The notes beneath the pieces are model-generated. The model searched no databases and was not told where the DNA came from. It worked only from the letters and a program-made list of their open reading frames with translations. Of a stretch of 64,000 bases of DNA, positions 29,398 to 39,782 are shown one piece after another. The first letter of the stretch is position 1. Every line of letters starts with the position of its first letter. Source of the DNA: an uncultured Verrucomicrobiae bacterium (GTDB taxonomy: Bacteria > Verrucomicrobiota > Verrucomicrobiia > Chthoniobacterales > UBA10450). The position numbers were made by a program, and so were the translations under genes. Location of the stretch: NCBI GenBank assembly GCA_963756875.1, contig CAVWPA010000002.1, positions 105,336-169,335 on the forward strand. Reading direction: 5' to 3'.

Positions 29398-30396
29398 CTA
29401 ATTCCCGAATTCGAAAATGATTTTGCCGCCGCGCTTTCCTTGCGCGGCGTGCGCGACCGCAGCTTTCGCCTCGCTCAATGGATACGCTCTTTCGACTTTC
29501 GGCTTCAGTAAACCGCGCTTTGCCATTTCGAATAGCGCCTGGAAAGCTTCCATGCGCTGCTGCATCGTCGCGTTGTCGTACCATTTGTTGATCCAGATTC
29601 CGCGGAAACGCAGGTCTTTGAAAATCAGCAGGCCATTTGGAATTTTTAGCGGCTGCAGACTCATTGCACCAAACGTGACCATCGTCGCTTCCGGTGCGAG
29701 ACAGTTCGCCAGTCGCAGCGCGCTCTCGCCGCCCACGGCATTCAATCCCAGCCGGATCGGCGCGCCACCGATCGCATTCCTCACTTCTTCGCGAATATTT
29801 TCGCCGTCAACAAGAACGACGTCGCCGCCTTGTGCGCGCAATTCGTCGATCAACTCGGTCCGTCTGACCAGGTTCACCGTTTTGAAACCGAGATCGTGCG
29901 CAATCTCGATCACTGCCCGGCCGGCCGCGGAATTCGCCGCGTTTTGGATCAACCAATCGCCCCGCCTTAGATCGGCATAATCGTGCAGCAGCCGCCACGC
30001 AGTCATCGGATTGATTTTTAACATGGCGGCCTCCAGCGGTCCGATCTCAGGCGGGACAGGAATTAGCGCAGCCGCTTTGACCGTGAGCGCGTCTCGCCAG
30101 GTGCCGATGTTGTGCGGAAGGATCACAAGAGTGCCGGCGGCCAGGCTTTTAACGTCGCTGCCGGCATCGGCAATCATTCCTGCCCCTTCAAATCCGGGGG
30201 TCGCCGGAAGCTGCGGCCGAACCGGGTATTTTCCTTCGATCGCGTTCAAGTCCGCCGGATTGATCGGAGCCGCGCGCATTTGCACGACGACTTCGTCTGC
30301 TGCCGGCTCGGGCCACGGTCGGTTTTCGACGCGCAAAACGTCCGCTGGATTTCCGTGCCTTTCGTAAACGACCGCGCTTATAGTTTGTTTCTTCAT
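29398..30396 (-). CDS. MDR family 2-enoyl-thioester reductase-like protein
   Basis: AAPINPADL, PGFEGAG, INPMTAWRLL, IQNAANSAAG. Confidence 0.88.
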   Translation of the reverse strand: MKKQTISAVVYERHGNPADVLRVENRPWPEPAADEVVVQMRAAPINPADLNAIEGKYPVRPQLPATPGFEGAGMIADAGSDVKSLAAGTLVILPHNIGTWRDALTVKAAALIPVPPEIGPLEAAMLKINPMTAWRLLHDYADLRRGDWLIQNAANSAAGRAVIEIAHDLGFKTVNLVRRTELIDELRAQGGDVVLVDGENIREEVRNAIGGAPIRLGLNAVGGESALRLANCLAPEATMVTFGAMSLQPLKIPNGLLIFKDLRFRGIWINKWYDNATMQQRMEAFQALFEMAKRGLLKPKVERAYPLSEAKAAVAHAAQGKRGGKIIFEFGN

Positions 30397-30399
30397 CCG

Positions 30400-31302
30400 A
30401 TGGCTTCGGCGACTCATCCTACATCGAACGTCCCGGCCGGCAATCTGCAAGCCGGCGCGCGCGTGGTAATGCTCGGTCTCGTCATCAATGCTCTGCTGGC
30501 ATTCGCAAAGATTTCGGCCGGCTTTTTTGGCAATGCCTACGTTCTGATCGCCGACGGCATTGAATCGGCGCTCGATATCGGCGGCTCGATTGTGATTTGG
30601 GGCGGGCTAAAATTCGCGGCGCGTCCTCCCGATGCAACCCATCCTTACGGACATGGAAAAGCGGAGCCTGTGGCGGCGGCTGCTGTTGCCGTAGGTGTGC
30701 TGGCCGCCGGGCTTGGACTCGCAGTCCAAAGTGTTCGCGGACTCTTTTGGCCGCACCATGCGCCAGCGCCGTTCACGCTTATTGTTTTGATCGTTGCCGT
30801 CATCGCGAAGGAAACTTTGTATCGCTACGTCAATCGGTTCGGCCGCGACGTCGAGAGCATAGCCGTAAAAACCGACGCGTGGCACCATCGCATTGATGCC
30901 ATGACGTCCATTGCGGCTTTCGTTGGGATCTCGGTTTCGCTGATTGGCGGCGAAGCGTGGCGTAGTGCTGATGAATGGGCCACCCTCTTCGCATGCGCGC
31001 TCATTGGCGCAAATGGATATCGCCTGCTGCGTCCGGCGCTTTACGAAATTCTGGATACCGCGCCGCGTGGACAAATTGTAGATGCTGTTCGCGATGCCGC
31101 GCGTTCTGTGCCGGGCGTGGTCGAAATTGAAAAGCCGTTGATTCGCAAGATGGGTTTAAGTTTCTATGTCGATCTGCACGTCAGCGTGAATGGAGACATC
31201 TCCGTGCGCGACGGACATGAAATTGCGCACGAGGTAAAACGCGCGATCCAGGCGAGCGACCCGCGTATCGCCAACGTGCTGATTCACATCGAGCCGGCAT
31301 AA
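30400..31302 (+). CDS. Cation diffusion facilitator (CDF) transporter
   Basis: ADGIESALD, HPYGHGKAE, DAWHHRID, C-terminal VLIHIEP. Confidence 0.92.
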   Translation: MASATHPTSNVPAGNLQAGARVVMLGLVINALLAFAKISAGFFGNAYVLIADGIESALDIGGSIVIWGGLKFAARPPDATHPYGHGKAEPVAAAAVAVGVLAAGLGLAVQSVRGLFWPHHAPAPFTLIVLIVAVIAKETLYRYVNRFGRDVESIAVKTDAWHHRIDAMTSIAAFVGISVSLIGGEAWRSADEWATLFACALIGANGYRLLRPALYEILDTAPRGQIVDAVRDAARSVPGVVEIEKPLIRKMGLSFYVDLHVSVNGDISVRDGHEIAHEVKRAIQASDPRIANVLIHIEPA

Positions 31303-31405
31303 GATTAAAATCCCAAATCCCAGGCATCAACATCCGAAGAAACTGGTGCTTGGGGTTTGGTGCTTTGTGTTCTGCCTGGCTACAGCGCTGGTGCGCTCGG
31401 TCTTC

Positions 31406-31480
31406 CTGTAGCCACCGGCCTATGGCCGGTCGGACAACCAAAAACCAAGAGCTCGACGGCTCACAGAGCCGTGGCTACAG
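31406..31480. repeat. GTAG REP doublet flanking the RAYT (left)
   Basis: CTGTAGCCACCGGCCTATGGCCGGTC...GACGGCTCACAGAGCCGTGGCTACAG. Confidence 0.9.
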
Positions 31481-31501
31481 ATTGAATGAGAATATTTTCT
31501 T

Positions 31502-31972
31502 GTGACACAGCGCTTTCAGCGGCGGCCTTTACGTCTCCATCGAGTTTTTGACGCGAGCCCACTTTACTTCGTTACCTTTTGCACGCATCGCCGAAAGCCA
31601 TGTCTGGCCCGCGCTGACGTTCACACGGTTTTCATTCGCTTTGGCGAGCGTGCGGAGAGCGAATTTAATATCGCGATTGGCCGATACGTGATAATGCCCG
31701 ACCACATTCATCTCTTCGTCCGCGGAGGCCCGACTTTTGTCCTGGGTCTTTGGGTGGGCACGCTCAAGCAATCGCTGGCCAAAGTGCCCAACTTCTCAAA
31801 GGTGGGCGAACAAGTTTGGAAAGAGGGATTCTTCGATCACGTCTTGCGGAACGATGAGAGTTATGCACAGAAATGGAATTACGTTCGGGAGAATCCCGTG
31901 CGGGCTGGATTTGTAGAAACGGCCGAAGACTGGCCCTTTCAGGGAGAAATCGTTTACATCGATCGCGCGTGA
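31502..31972 (+). mobile_element. REP-associated tyrosine transposase (RAYT, Y1 HUH family)
   Basis: YFVTFCT, YVIMPDHIH (HUH), WKEGFFDHVLR, YVRENPVRAG (catalytic Tyr), WP; flanked on both sides by REP doublets. Confidence 0.92.
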
Positions 31973-31986
31973 CGATGCTTTGCAAG

Positions 31987-32071
31987 CTGTAGCCACCGGG
32001 CCTATGGCCGGTCAGATCCGAGGCTTGAAAACACAACCGCCAGGGGACGGCTCACAAAGCCGTGGCTACAG
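31987..32071. repeat. GTAG REP doublet flanking the RAYT (right)
   Basis: Near-identical arms to 31406-31480; overlaps the 3' end of the next gene. Confidence 0.9.
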
Positions 32072-32753
32072 CCACAATTGCCTCGGTCAACGTTTTACGT
32101 GCCCGCGAAATCTGGCGCGCAAAACGCATCAGACCAAAAATCGCAGTCGGTCGCCTAACGAGATAACTTAGCAAGCGAACGTAGTTCGTTCGCTGTTGCG
32201 CGATGTTGAACAGAATGCCTGGCGGCGCTGGAAATGTCGCGGCTGGTGTGTCGCTGATTACCCGTAACGACAGCATTGGAATGGAACGAGCGGCGCAGGC
32301 GTCCGCTATGGCCGCTGTCTCCATGTCCACAGCCGCAGCGCCCGCTCTCCGAGCAATCTCGTTCCTTTCAGCGACAGAATCGACAATCGATGCCGATGTC
32401 AAAAGTGTTCCGGGGCGCGGGTCTCGGTTCGTCAGGCTTTGCAAAGCGCTCGCGAGCAGTTGCTGATCGGAAAAATTCTCGCCCAGCAACAGGTCTCCCA
32501 CCTGTAGATTGTCACTGACCGCTCCCGCGAAACCGGAGCTGATCAAAAAGGCCGGAGTTTCACTGCTAAGAAAATTTTGCATTCGTGAGGCCGAAATCTT
32601 CGGCCCAACGCCGGTATGAAAGATTTTCACGTCCCGGTCGTCGAGTTTGCCAGCGATGATTTCGGAATCGCCGCACGCGATCCTTTTTCCGCCGCGTAAT
32701 CTTGCGACGAGACCTGCGCTCTCCGCCGGCAGGGCGAACGTGATTGCAATCAT
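32052..32753 (-). CDS. Nucleoside phosphorylase/MTA-SAH nucleosidase-like protein
   Basis: FALPAE, HTGVG, ISSGFAGA, AVDMETAAI, LRVISD. Confidence 0.85.
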   Translation of the reverse strand: MIAITFALPAESAGLVARLRGGKRIACGDSEIIAGKLDDRDVKIFHTGVGPKISASRMQNFLSSETPAFLISSGFAGAVSDNLQVGDLLLGENFSDQQLLASALQSLTNRDPRPGTLLTSASIVDSVAERNEIARRAGAAAVDMETAAIADACAARSIPMLSLRVISDTPAATFPAPPGILFNIAQQRTNYVRLLSYLVRRPTAIFGLMRFARQISRARKTLTEAIVAVATAL

Positions 32754-32775
32754 CCAGCCGAAGATGGCCTCGACA

Positions 32776-33432
32776 TCATGGCTTCGATTCCACGACTCGA
32801 ATTTGAATGATTCTCTTCTCGCCGGGCGATGAGGGCTCCGGTTGCGACGGTTGCGCGCCCAACTTCGTCAGCTTCTGACGGAATTCGTTCTCTCGCGCTG
32901 CCGGAATTTCGGCAAATACCAGGGTCCCATTTTCATTACTTAGATTTTTCGCGGCTGATCCGCCGCATTGTGCCGCATCCGCGATGATTTGGTTAACGAC
33001 TACGTCTCGCTGACCAGTCGGCGCCGGGACCTTGATTTCACCGACGTCGAGCTTGGGTGTCGGCATGACGGCGGCGGCAGTGTTTTCCAGCGCCTGGACC
33101 ACTTGTTGGCGATTGTTTTCGCTTGGTCGAACGTTGTGCCGCTTTTTCTCCAGAAAGGCGATCGCGTAAAGCCCGAAGAGCACATTGAAAAAAACAAGGG
33201 CGCCAAAGATGATTGCAATCCGGCGGCCAAGGACTGCGCCGCGCGTAGAAGCAGCCGGAGCGTCCAGCGTTGCCAAAACCTCTCGAGAGTCGCGCGTTTC
33301 GCTGTGAATCCGGCGCGCGATGTTCAGTTCACGCCGCAACTGCGGGTCGGAAATGAGCAACTCCTCCAGTTCCGCTCGCTCGTTCGCGGGTAACTTGCCC
33401 TCCAGGTAATCGAAAAGCTTGTCCGGACTCAT
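32776..33432 (-). CDS. Hypothetical membrane protein with anti-sigma-like N-terminus
   Basis: LFDYLEGKLPANERAELEELL followed by one TM segment. Confidence 0.55.
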   Translation of the reverse strand: MSPDKLFDYLEGKLPANERAELEELLISDPQLRRELNIARRIHSETRDSREVLATLDAPAASTRGAVLGRRIAIIFGALVFFNVLFGLYAIAFLEKKRHNVRPSENNRQQVVQALENTAAAVMPTPKLDVGEIKVPAPTGQRDVVVNQIIADAAQCGGSAAKNLSNENGTLVFAEIPAARENEFRQKLTKLGAQPSQPEPSSPGEKRIIQIRVVESKP

Positions 33433-33597
33433 TGCGCGTTTCGACAAGAGTGACGCCGGACACGTTCATGCGCAACGGGGAACTGAACCACCATTTTGTC
33501 GATGCCGAACGTCGCCCAGTCCCTATTTATGAGATGGGATCCTAATTCGACAGGGTTGGTTGCTCTTTGGGACTGAGGCAAATAGAGTAATTGCTTC

Positions 33598-36500
33598 GTG
33601 GGTGATGAAGATCAGGCAACCTCCAAAGGGCGCGGAGGATGGCGGCGTCGCGCAATCGTGGCGGCGCTATTGTTCTGTGCGCTGCTCGTAATTTTTCATC
33701 GCCCGATCCTTCTCGGTATTGGCCGGGTCGTCATCCGCCATTATGCGGCCAAACAAAATCTCCGGGCCGAATTTCGGTTGGAGGGGAGCGTTTTCACTTA
33801 TCTGACATTGCGAAATCTGCATGTCGCCCCGACCGGCCCGAGCGACATCGAATCAATCGATGCCGGCCGAGTGCGTGCCGATTACAATCTGCTGGGCCTG
33901 TTGCGGCATGGCATGTCCGATTTTTTACAAAACGTCGAGCTGCATTCAGCTCGGGTCGTTCTTAACCCAGCCAATGCGCCCAAGCATCCGCCCAAAAAAG
34001 CGGCCGGCAAAAGAACGAAGCTCCCCGGAATTTTCCCGGAAAAATTGCAGCTCTCCGATGTGACCTTCATCGTGCGCGATTCGCCGCACGATTTTAAGAT
34101 TGAGCACCTGGATCTTGATTTGAATCCGCGCGCGCCGGGCGAATTGCGCATCGGACAGTTGCAATTTCCAACCGGGCAGAGTTGGTCGAAAATCTCGGCG
34201 CAAACATCCTACGCCCGTCGCAATCTGGTCCTGCGCGATTTGGCGCTGACTGATTCGGACCGGATTCGCCTGCTTAATATCGATGCATCGCGCATCGATG
34301 AGAATCAATTATTGATGACGCTGGATGCGGCGATCGGTGGCGGGACCGTTTCGGCCTCAGTGGCGTTGCAGGAAAATGGTTCGTCGTTAAGCTCGAAAAT
34401 TCATTTGATCGGCCAGCAGGTAGGAATCGACGATTTTAACAAGTATGCGGGGTTGCCCGACGGATTTCTGGGCGGCAACATCGAGAAACTGACAATCGAT
34501 GGCACGGGTGTGTTGAACGCGCCACGCACATGGAACGCCACGATCGCGGCGAGTATAAACGATTTTCATTCGGGCGAGGTCGCGTTCGACCGCTGCGTGA
34601 TGCTGGTTTCTGCAAACGACGGAAAAGCGACGCTGCAGTCCGCGGAGATCGTTCAGGGTGGAAACGACATCCATCTGCACGGATCGGGTGAGTTGCCGGC
34701 CAAACTGGACCAATGGTCACGCAGTCAGGCAACCCTGGCCATTTCCGCGAAGGCGCCGAACCTGGAGCAGGTGGCGATGTTTTCGAAAGACAAAATCTCA
34801 GGTTCGGGGGAAGCGAGCGGCAAGGTCGAACTCGTGAATGGCAAATTGACAGCGGCCTTCAATCTCGACGCCGGTCCGCTGGGATTTGCCGACGGGTCGA
34901 TCGAAAAGCTAAACGCCAGTGTAAGGGCAGTTAAAAGAATGCCATTTAACGAAGCCGGAACAGCGGGAGCTGCGGCAGCAAAAGAAGCCGTGGTTCGCAA
35001 ATCTAATGTCTAACATAAACTTGGATGTATCTAATGTACAATTTCGCGATTATGCGATCGATTCGATTAGCGGACCCTGGCCGGCGTGGATGACACCCTG
35101 AAGATTGAAAAAGCTCGATGTTCAGCGGAAGGAGAATCATCTGGCACTTCATGGCCGATATCGGTTGCCGGAAAAGTTCAAACGGCAAACGCCAACCGGC
35201 GAGCTCTACTTTTCGTTGAACGCACCCGATGTCGCGGATTTGTGGGTTTCCGATTCGCCGGATAAATGGAGCGGACCGTTGCAAGGGAACGGACAAATCG
35301 AATGGAAAAACGGGATTGCCAATGGCGAGTGGTCCGTCTCCGCGTCGAACCTTCAGACGCGTGATCTGGTGGTGGAGCAGCTTAGCTCACAAGGCGTAAT
35401 TACAAATGACGTTGCTTATGTAAACGATTTCAGTGCGAGGCTTAACGCGCAGGACTTTGTCAGTGCAAATGGAACAGTCGACTTCCATTCTCCGTATCGC
35501 TACTCCGGAAAACTCTCGGCGCACCTTTCGGACCTGTCCAAACTGCAGCCGTTACTTCGCGCTTTGGGAAATCAAAACGAGCTGGCAGGCTCGCTGATGG
35601 TCGATTGGCAGGGGCGGGGCGTAGGCGCGAAATTCAAAAATAGCGGAGATCTCAAGCTGACGCTCAAGAACGGGCGTTACGGTGGTTTGAAGTCGCTGCA
35701 GGCAAACGTGAATGCGACGTATTCGCCGGACGAGCTGGATATTCCGACGGTTTTTGTGAGCAGCGACCGGATGGATTTTCAAGCCATCGTTCAGGCGAAA
35801 GATCAAAAGCTCGAAATCACGAAGATTCAGCTCGATCAGGGCCAGGCAAAATATGCGTCGGGATATCTCTCGATTCCGCTTATCTGGAAAAATATCGGCA
35901 CGAACGCGCCTCTTTTCGCATCGAACGGACAGGTCATTGCGAATTTCCAGTCGGAGGATCTGGACATCAAAAAACTTTTTGAAGACATGGGCGCGAACCC
36001 GATCGCTGCCGGCACGTTGAACGTGAAATTTGACGCGCGAGGTGCGTTTGAAGATATGAATGCGAGTCTGGACATCGAAATGCGCGACTTGCGCAATGAG
36101 AAGTTGCCAAAACTCGAGCCGGCGACCTTTACCCTGAGCGCGCAATTGCAGCACAATCAGCTCGCAATCCTGGGCAAATTCGAGCAGGCCAAGATCCAGC
36201 CGATCGAGTTGACCGCAAAGTTGCCGTTCGATCCTCAGAAAATCGCGCGGCAAAGAGGATTGCCGGATGACACCCCGGTCACTGCAAAGGTAGAACTGCC
36301 GCGAAGCTCGGTTAATTTCATCGGCCAGTTTGTTCCGGCAGTTCGGCAGGTGGACGGCAGCGTTGCATTTTATGCCCAGATAGGCGGAACCGTCGCGCGG
36401 CCGGTTTTAACCGGCGCCGCCGATATGAACATCAATTACGCCCGGGCCAATGACACCACGCTTCCGGCTCTGCAAAATTTTAAGGCAAACCTCAAATTCG

Positions 36501-37498
36501 AGAACAACGCACTGATCCTGAAACAATTCGGCGGGGAACTTTCCGCCGGCCACTTTACGGTAAGCGGTCGCATTACTTTTCCGAAGCTGACGACCGCCAA
36601 TCTGGATTTGCACCTGAATGCAAACAGCGCGCTTATTGCTCGCAACGACACGTTGACCATGCGCACGGATGCCGATGTCAAGGTGGAGGGCCCAATCAAC
36701 AAAGCCAGCGTGACCGGCACTGTTGAACTAACGAACAGTCGATTTCTAAAAAATATCGATCTCATTCCCATTGGTTTGCCGGGCCGGCCTGCGCCCCAGC
36801 CGCCGGCTTCCTATCCGAATCTTTCTTTTCCGCCTCCGTTTAGGGGTTGGAAATTCGACGTTGCGATCAAAACCAAGGACCCGGTCTTGATTCGTGGCAA
36901 TCTGGCTGCCGGCAAGGCGGTGGTCGACCTGCACCTCACCGGGCAAGGATCCAGGCCCGCATTAGACGGCCTGGTTCGCCTGGAGAATGCGGAAGCGACG
37001 CTTCCATTCAGCCGGCTTGAAGTTTCCCAGGGTTTTCTTTATTTCGATCCGGACGACCCGTTGAATCCAAGAATCGATCTGCACGGAACATCTTTGATCC
37101 AGAATTACACTATCCGCGTGTACGTCTACGGTACCATGCTTTCGCAGGAAGCCGTATTCACCAGCGAACCCCCTTTGCCGCAGGAGGATATCATTTCGTT
37201 GCTGGCAACCGGCACTACCAGGCAGGAGCTGACCGGCAGCAACAGCGCGCTGGCCGGGCGCGCAGCCCTGCTGCTGATCCAGCAACTCTATCATAAAGTT
37301 TTCAAGAAAGGCCAGCCGGCGCAAAGCAGTTCGGTCTTCGATCGCTTGTCGGTGGATTTTGGCCAGGTGGACCCGCGGACCGGCCAGCAAAAAGCGACGG
37401 CGCGATTCAAAGTCAACGATCAATTTGTTTTAGTTGGCGATGTGGGCGTCGGCGGCGATTATCGCGGCATGGTGAAATACCTGATCCGTTTCTACTAA
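33598..37498 (+). CDS. tamB: Translocation/assembly module TamB-like protein, interrupted by apparent frameshifts at about 34981-35110
   Basis: Two ORFs (33598-35013 and 35105-37498) joinable through three 1-bp indels; C-terminal DUF490-like region (GTVARPVLTG, SEPPLPQEDIISLL); adjacent to the Omp85 gene. Confidence 0.75.
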
Positions 37499-39669
37499 TG
37501 CGGCGCGCCTGGTCGACTCTTCTTTGCATGGCTGTTCTTGCGGGCGAAGCCGCCGCGCAAAGCGCAGTCGACGTGTCGCGACCTGAAGAGAAGGCGAAAC
37601 AACAAAACGCGATTGAGAAGAAACAGGAAAAACAGGCGCAACATGCGGGCGCGGTCGAGTTCGCCGGCGAGCAGGCTTTCGGCGAAAAGGAATTGCGCTC
37701 CGTGGTGAAGGAACAGCTGGCGAACATCGACAAATACGGGCTGAGCCCGGCCCGCGCGGACGATCTCGCCTTTTTTATCGAGCTCTTTTACCGCAAACAC
37801 GGCTACGCGAAAGTGAACGTGAAGTACACCATCGAGAACGGGAATCGATTGCGCCTCGATATCAACGAAGGAGCGTTGATGACGCTGGGTACGGTGGTTT
37901 TTGAAGGGAACGAGTCCGAGCCGGCGGATAAATTGTTTGAATACGCGGCGGGACCGACGCGCCAGCGGTACTCGAGGTTGCAACGCACTCTGCCCTTCGT
38001 TGCTAACGACATTAAGGAAGGGATCGATCTGTTGTACCGCTATTATGTGGCCGAGGGCTTTCTCGACGCCAAGGTGGATCCGCCACAATACACGTATCAC
38101 AACGCCGAGAATCGAGTGGATGTGACCATCCCGATCCACGAAGGGCGCCAGTATTTCTTTGGCCAGGTTGCTTTCACCGGCCAGAGAATTTATCCGGCGG
38201 AAACATTGCGCGGCCAGATCAAGGACCTTCTCAAACAGCCGTACACGGAGGCGCGCCTGGACGATATCCCCCGGCGCTTGGAAGCGTACTTTAAGGCGCG
38301 CGGTTACTACGACATCAAAGTGTCGGCCACCGGTAATCCTGAGGCGGCGGGAAACGGCCACGTGCCGGTCGAAGTGATGGTCGTGCCCGGTCCGGTATAT
38401 CATTTCGGTGAAGTCAGTGTAACCGGACTCACCCGGCTGCACTCGAGCTTCGTCCGCAATCGCTTCACCAGGCTCGCCGGAAAAACGTACAGCCCCGACG
38501 TGCTCGATGAAAAATTCCGCGCCCTCATGAAAACCGGGCTTTTCAACGTCCTGCAGATCAAGCCGGTGCCTGCCGGTGAAAGTTTGCTGCATCTGGATAT
38601 CTCGGCGGAGGAGGCAAAAAGCAAGGAGTTTGGTATTTCTCTCGGCTACGGCACGTACGAGGGCTTGATTGGAGGCTTGCAATTTCAGGAGCGCGATCTG
38701 TTTGGGACGGGTCGCCCGATCACCTTTTCGGTGGAGGTGTCGCAGCGCGGCTACAAAGGCGAGATTTTGTACGAAGATCCGTTTTTTCTTGATACCGACA
38801 TCGATTTCACAAACCGGCTCTCCGCGCTCACCTTCGACTACGATGGTTACTCAAAGTTCGAGATCGGCGACCGCATACAGCTTCTCCGCAAGCTTACAAA
38901 GCAATACGAAGTGGGGTTGGTATTTGCCGCCCGGCATGTAAAGATCATCAGCGCCTCGATCCGGAACGATCTGCTCGGCGACACCAATTATTTCATAGAC
39001 TCGATTGGGTTCACACAGACGCTCGATTTGCGCACGAATCCACTTGTTTCGCCGCGCGGTTTCGTCGCCAAGAACACGTTCGATGCGGCTACGAGCGCGC
39101 TCGGGAGCGAAGTGCAGCTGGTGCGCAGCACAATCGGCCTCGCTTATTTTCTCCCGTTTGGCCCGAAGACTTTCGAGCCTGGCACCACCGTCGACGCGAC
39201 GGTCTCGCCGTTGCGGCGCTGGTTTCGACTCTCCAGTCTCGCATTCGGCGCGCGTGCGGGCGTGGTTCACTCCCTTGATAACTCCGGCTCCGACGAGCCG
39301 ACCACCATACCGATTGACGAGCGTTTCTTTAATGGCGGCTCCAACTCAGTGCGAAGTTTTGGCGAGCGCGACCTCGGGCCGCTCGATCCCAAGGGAAATC
39401 CGGTCGGCGGCGAATTCTATACCATTTACAATGTGGAATACACGTTTCCGCTCTACGGCGAACTCGAAGGCGCGACGTTCTTCGACGCTGGAAATCTTCT
39501 GCACAGATCCGAGGATCCGAGCCTTGATAAGATGCGTTATGCGCTCGGCCTTGGTTTGCGTTACAAATTGCCGATCGGTCCCATCCGGCTCGATTACGGG
39601 TTTAACCCCGACCCAAGGCCGCACGACGCCATGGGTGCGTTTCATTTCAGCTTCGGCTTCGCGTTCTGA
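37498..39669 (+). CDS. BamA/TamA (Omp85) outer membrane assembly protein
   Basis: POTRA-like repeats, RFFNGGSNSVRSF, PIGPIRLDYG, C-terminal FSFGFAF. Confidence 0.92.
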   Translation: MRRAWSTLLCMAVLAGEAAAQSAVDVSRPEEKAKQQNAIEKKQEKQAQHAGAVEFAGEQAFGEKELRSVVKEQLANIDKYGLSPARADDLAFFIELFYRKHGYAKVNVKYTIENGNRLRLDINEGALMTLGTVVFEGNESEPADKLFEYAAGPTRQRYSRLQRTLPFVANDIKEGIDLLYRYYVAEGFLDAKVDPPQYTYHNAENRVDVTIPIHEGRQYFFGQVAFTGQRIYPAETLRGQIKDLLKQPYTEARLDDIPRRLEAYFKARGYYDIKVSATGNPEAAGNGHVPVEVMVVPGPVYHFGEVSVTGLTRLHSSFVRNRFTRLAGKTYSPDVLDEKFRALMKTGLFNVLQIKPVPAGESLLHLDISAEEAKSKEFGISLGYGTYEGLIGGLQFQERDLFGTGRPITFSVEVSQRGYKGEILYEDPFFLDTDIDFTNRLSALTFDYDGYSKFEIGDRIQLLRKLTKQYEVGLVFAARHVKIISASIRNDLLGDTNYFIDSIGFTQTLDLRTNPLVSPRGFVAKNTFDAATSALGSEVQLVRSTIGLAYFLPFGPKTFEPGTTVDATVSPLRRWFRLSSLAFGARAGVVHSLDNSGSDEPTTIPIDERFFNGGSNSVRSFGERDLGPLDPKGNPVGGEFYTIYNVEYTFPLYGELEGATFFDAGNLLHRSEDPSLDKMRYALGLGLRYKLPIGPIRLDYGFNPDPRPHDAMGAFHFSFGFAF

Positions 39670-39676
39670 TGAGAGT

Positions 39677-39765
39677 CCGCTAAACACGCTAAAAAACGCC
39701 AAAGAGTTTTGTTCCCTCAAAAGATCTTCTTTGATTTTTAGCGTTCTTTAGCGTGTTTGGCGGAT
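39677..39765. repeat. CCGCTAAACACGCTAAA-type inverted short-period repeat
   Basis: Left arm recurs at 41221-41250, where it overlaps the decarboxylase stop codon. Confidence 0.7.
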
Positions 39766-39782
39766 AAGTCTTTGCCTCGAAA

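Noticed and set aside
33517..33576. CAGTCCC...GGGACTG inverted repeat upstream of tamB as another TIR unit
   Set aside because: Only 7 bp match, and there is no second copy to support it
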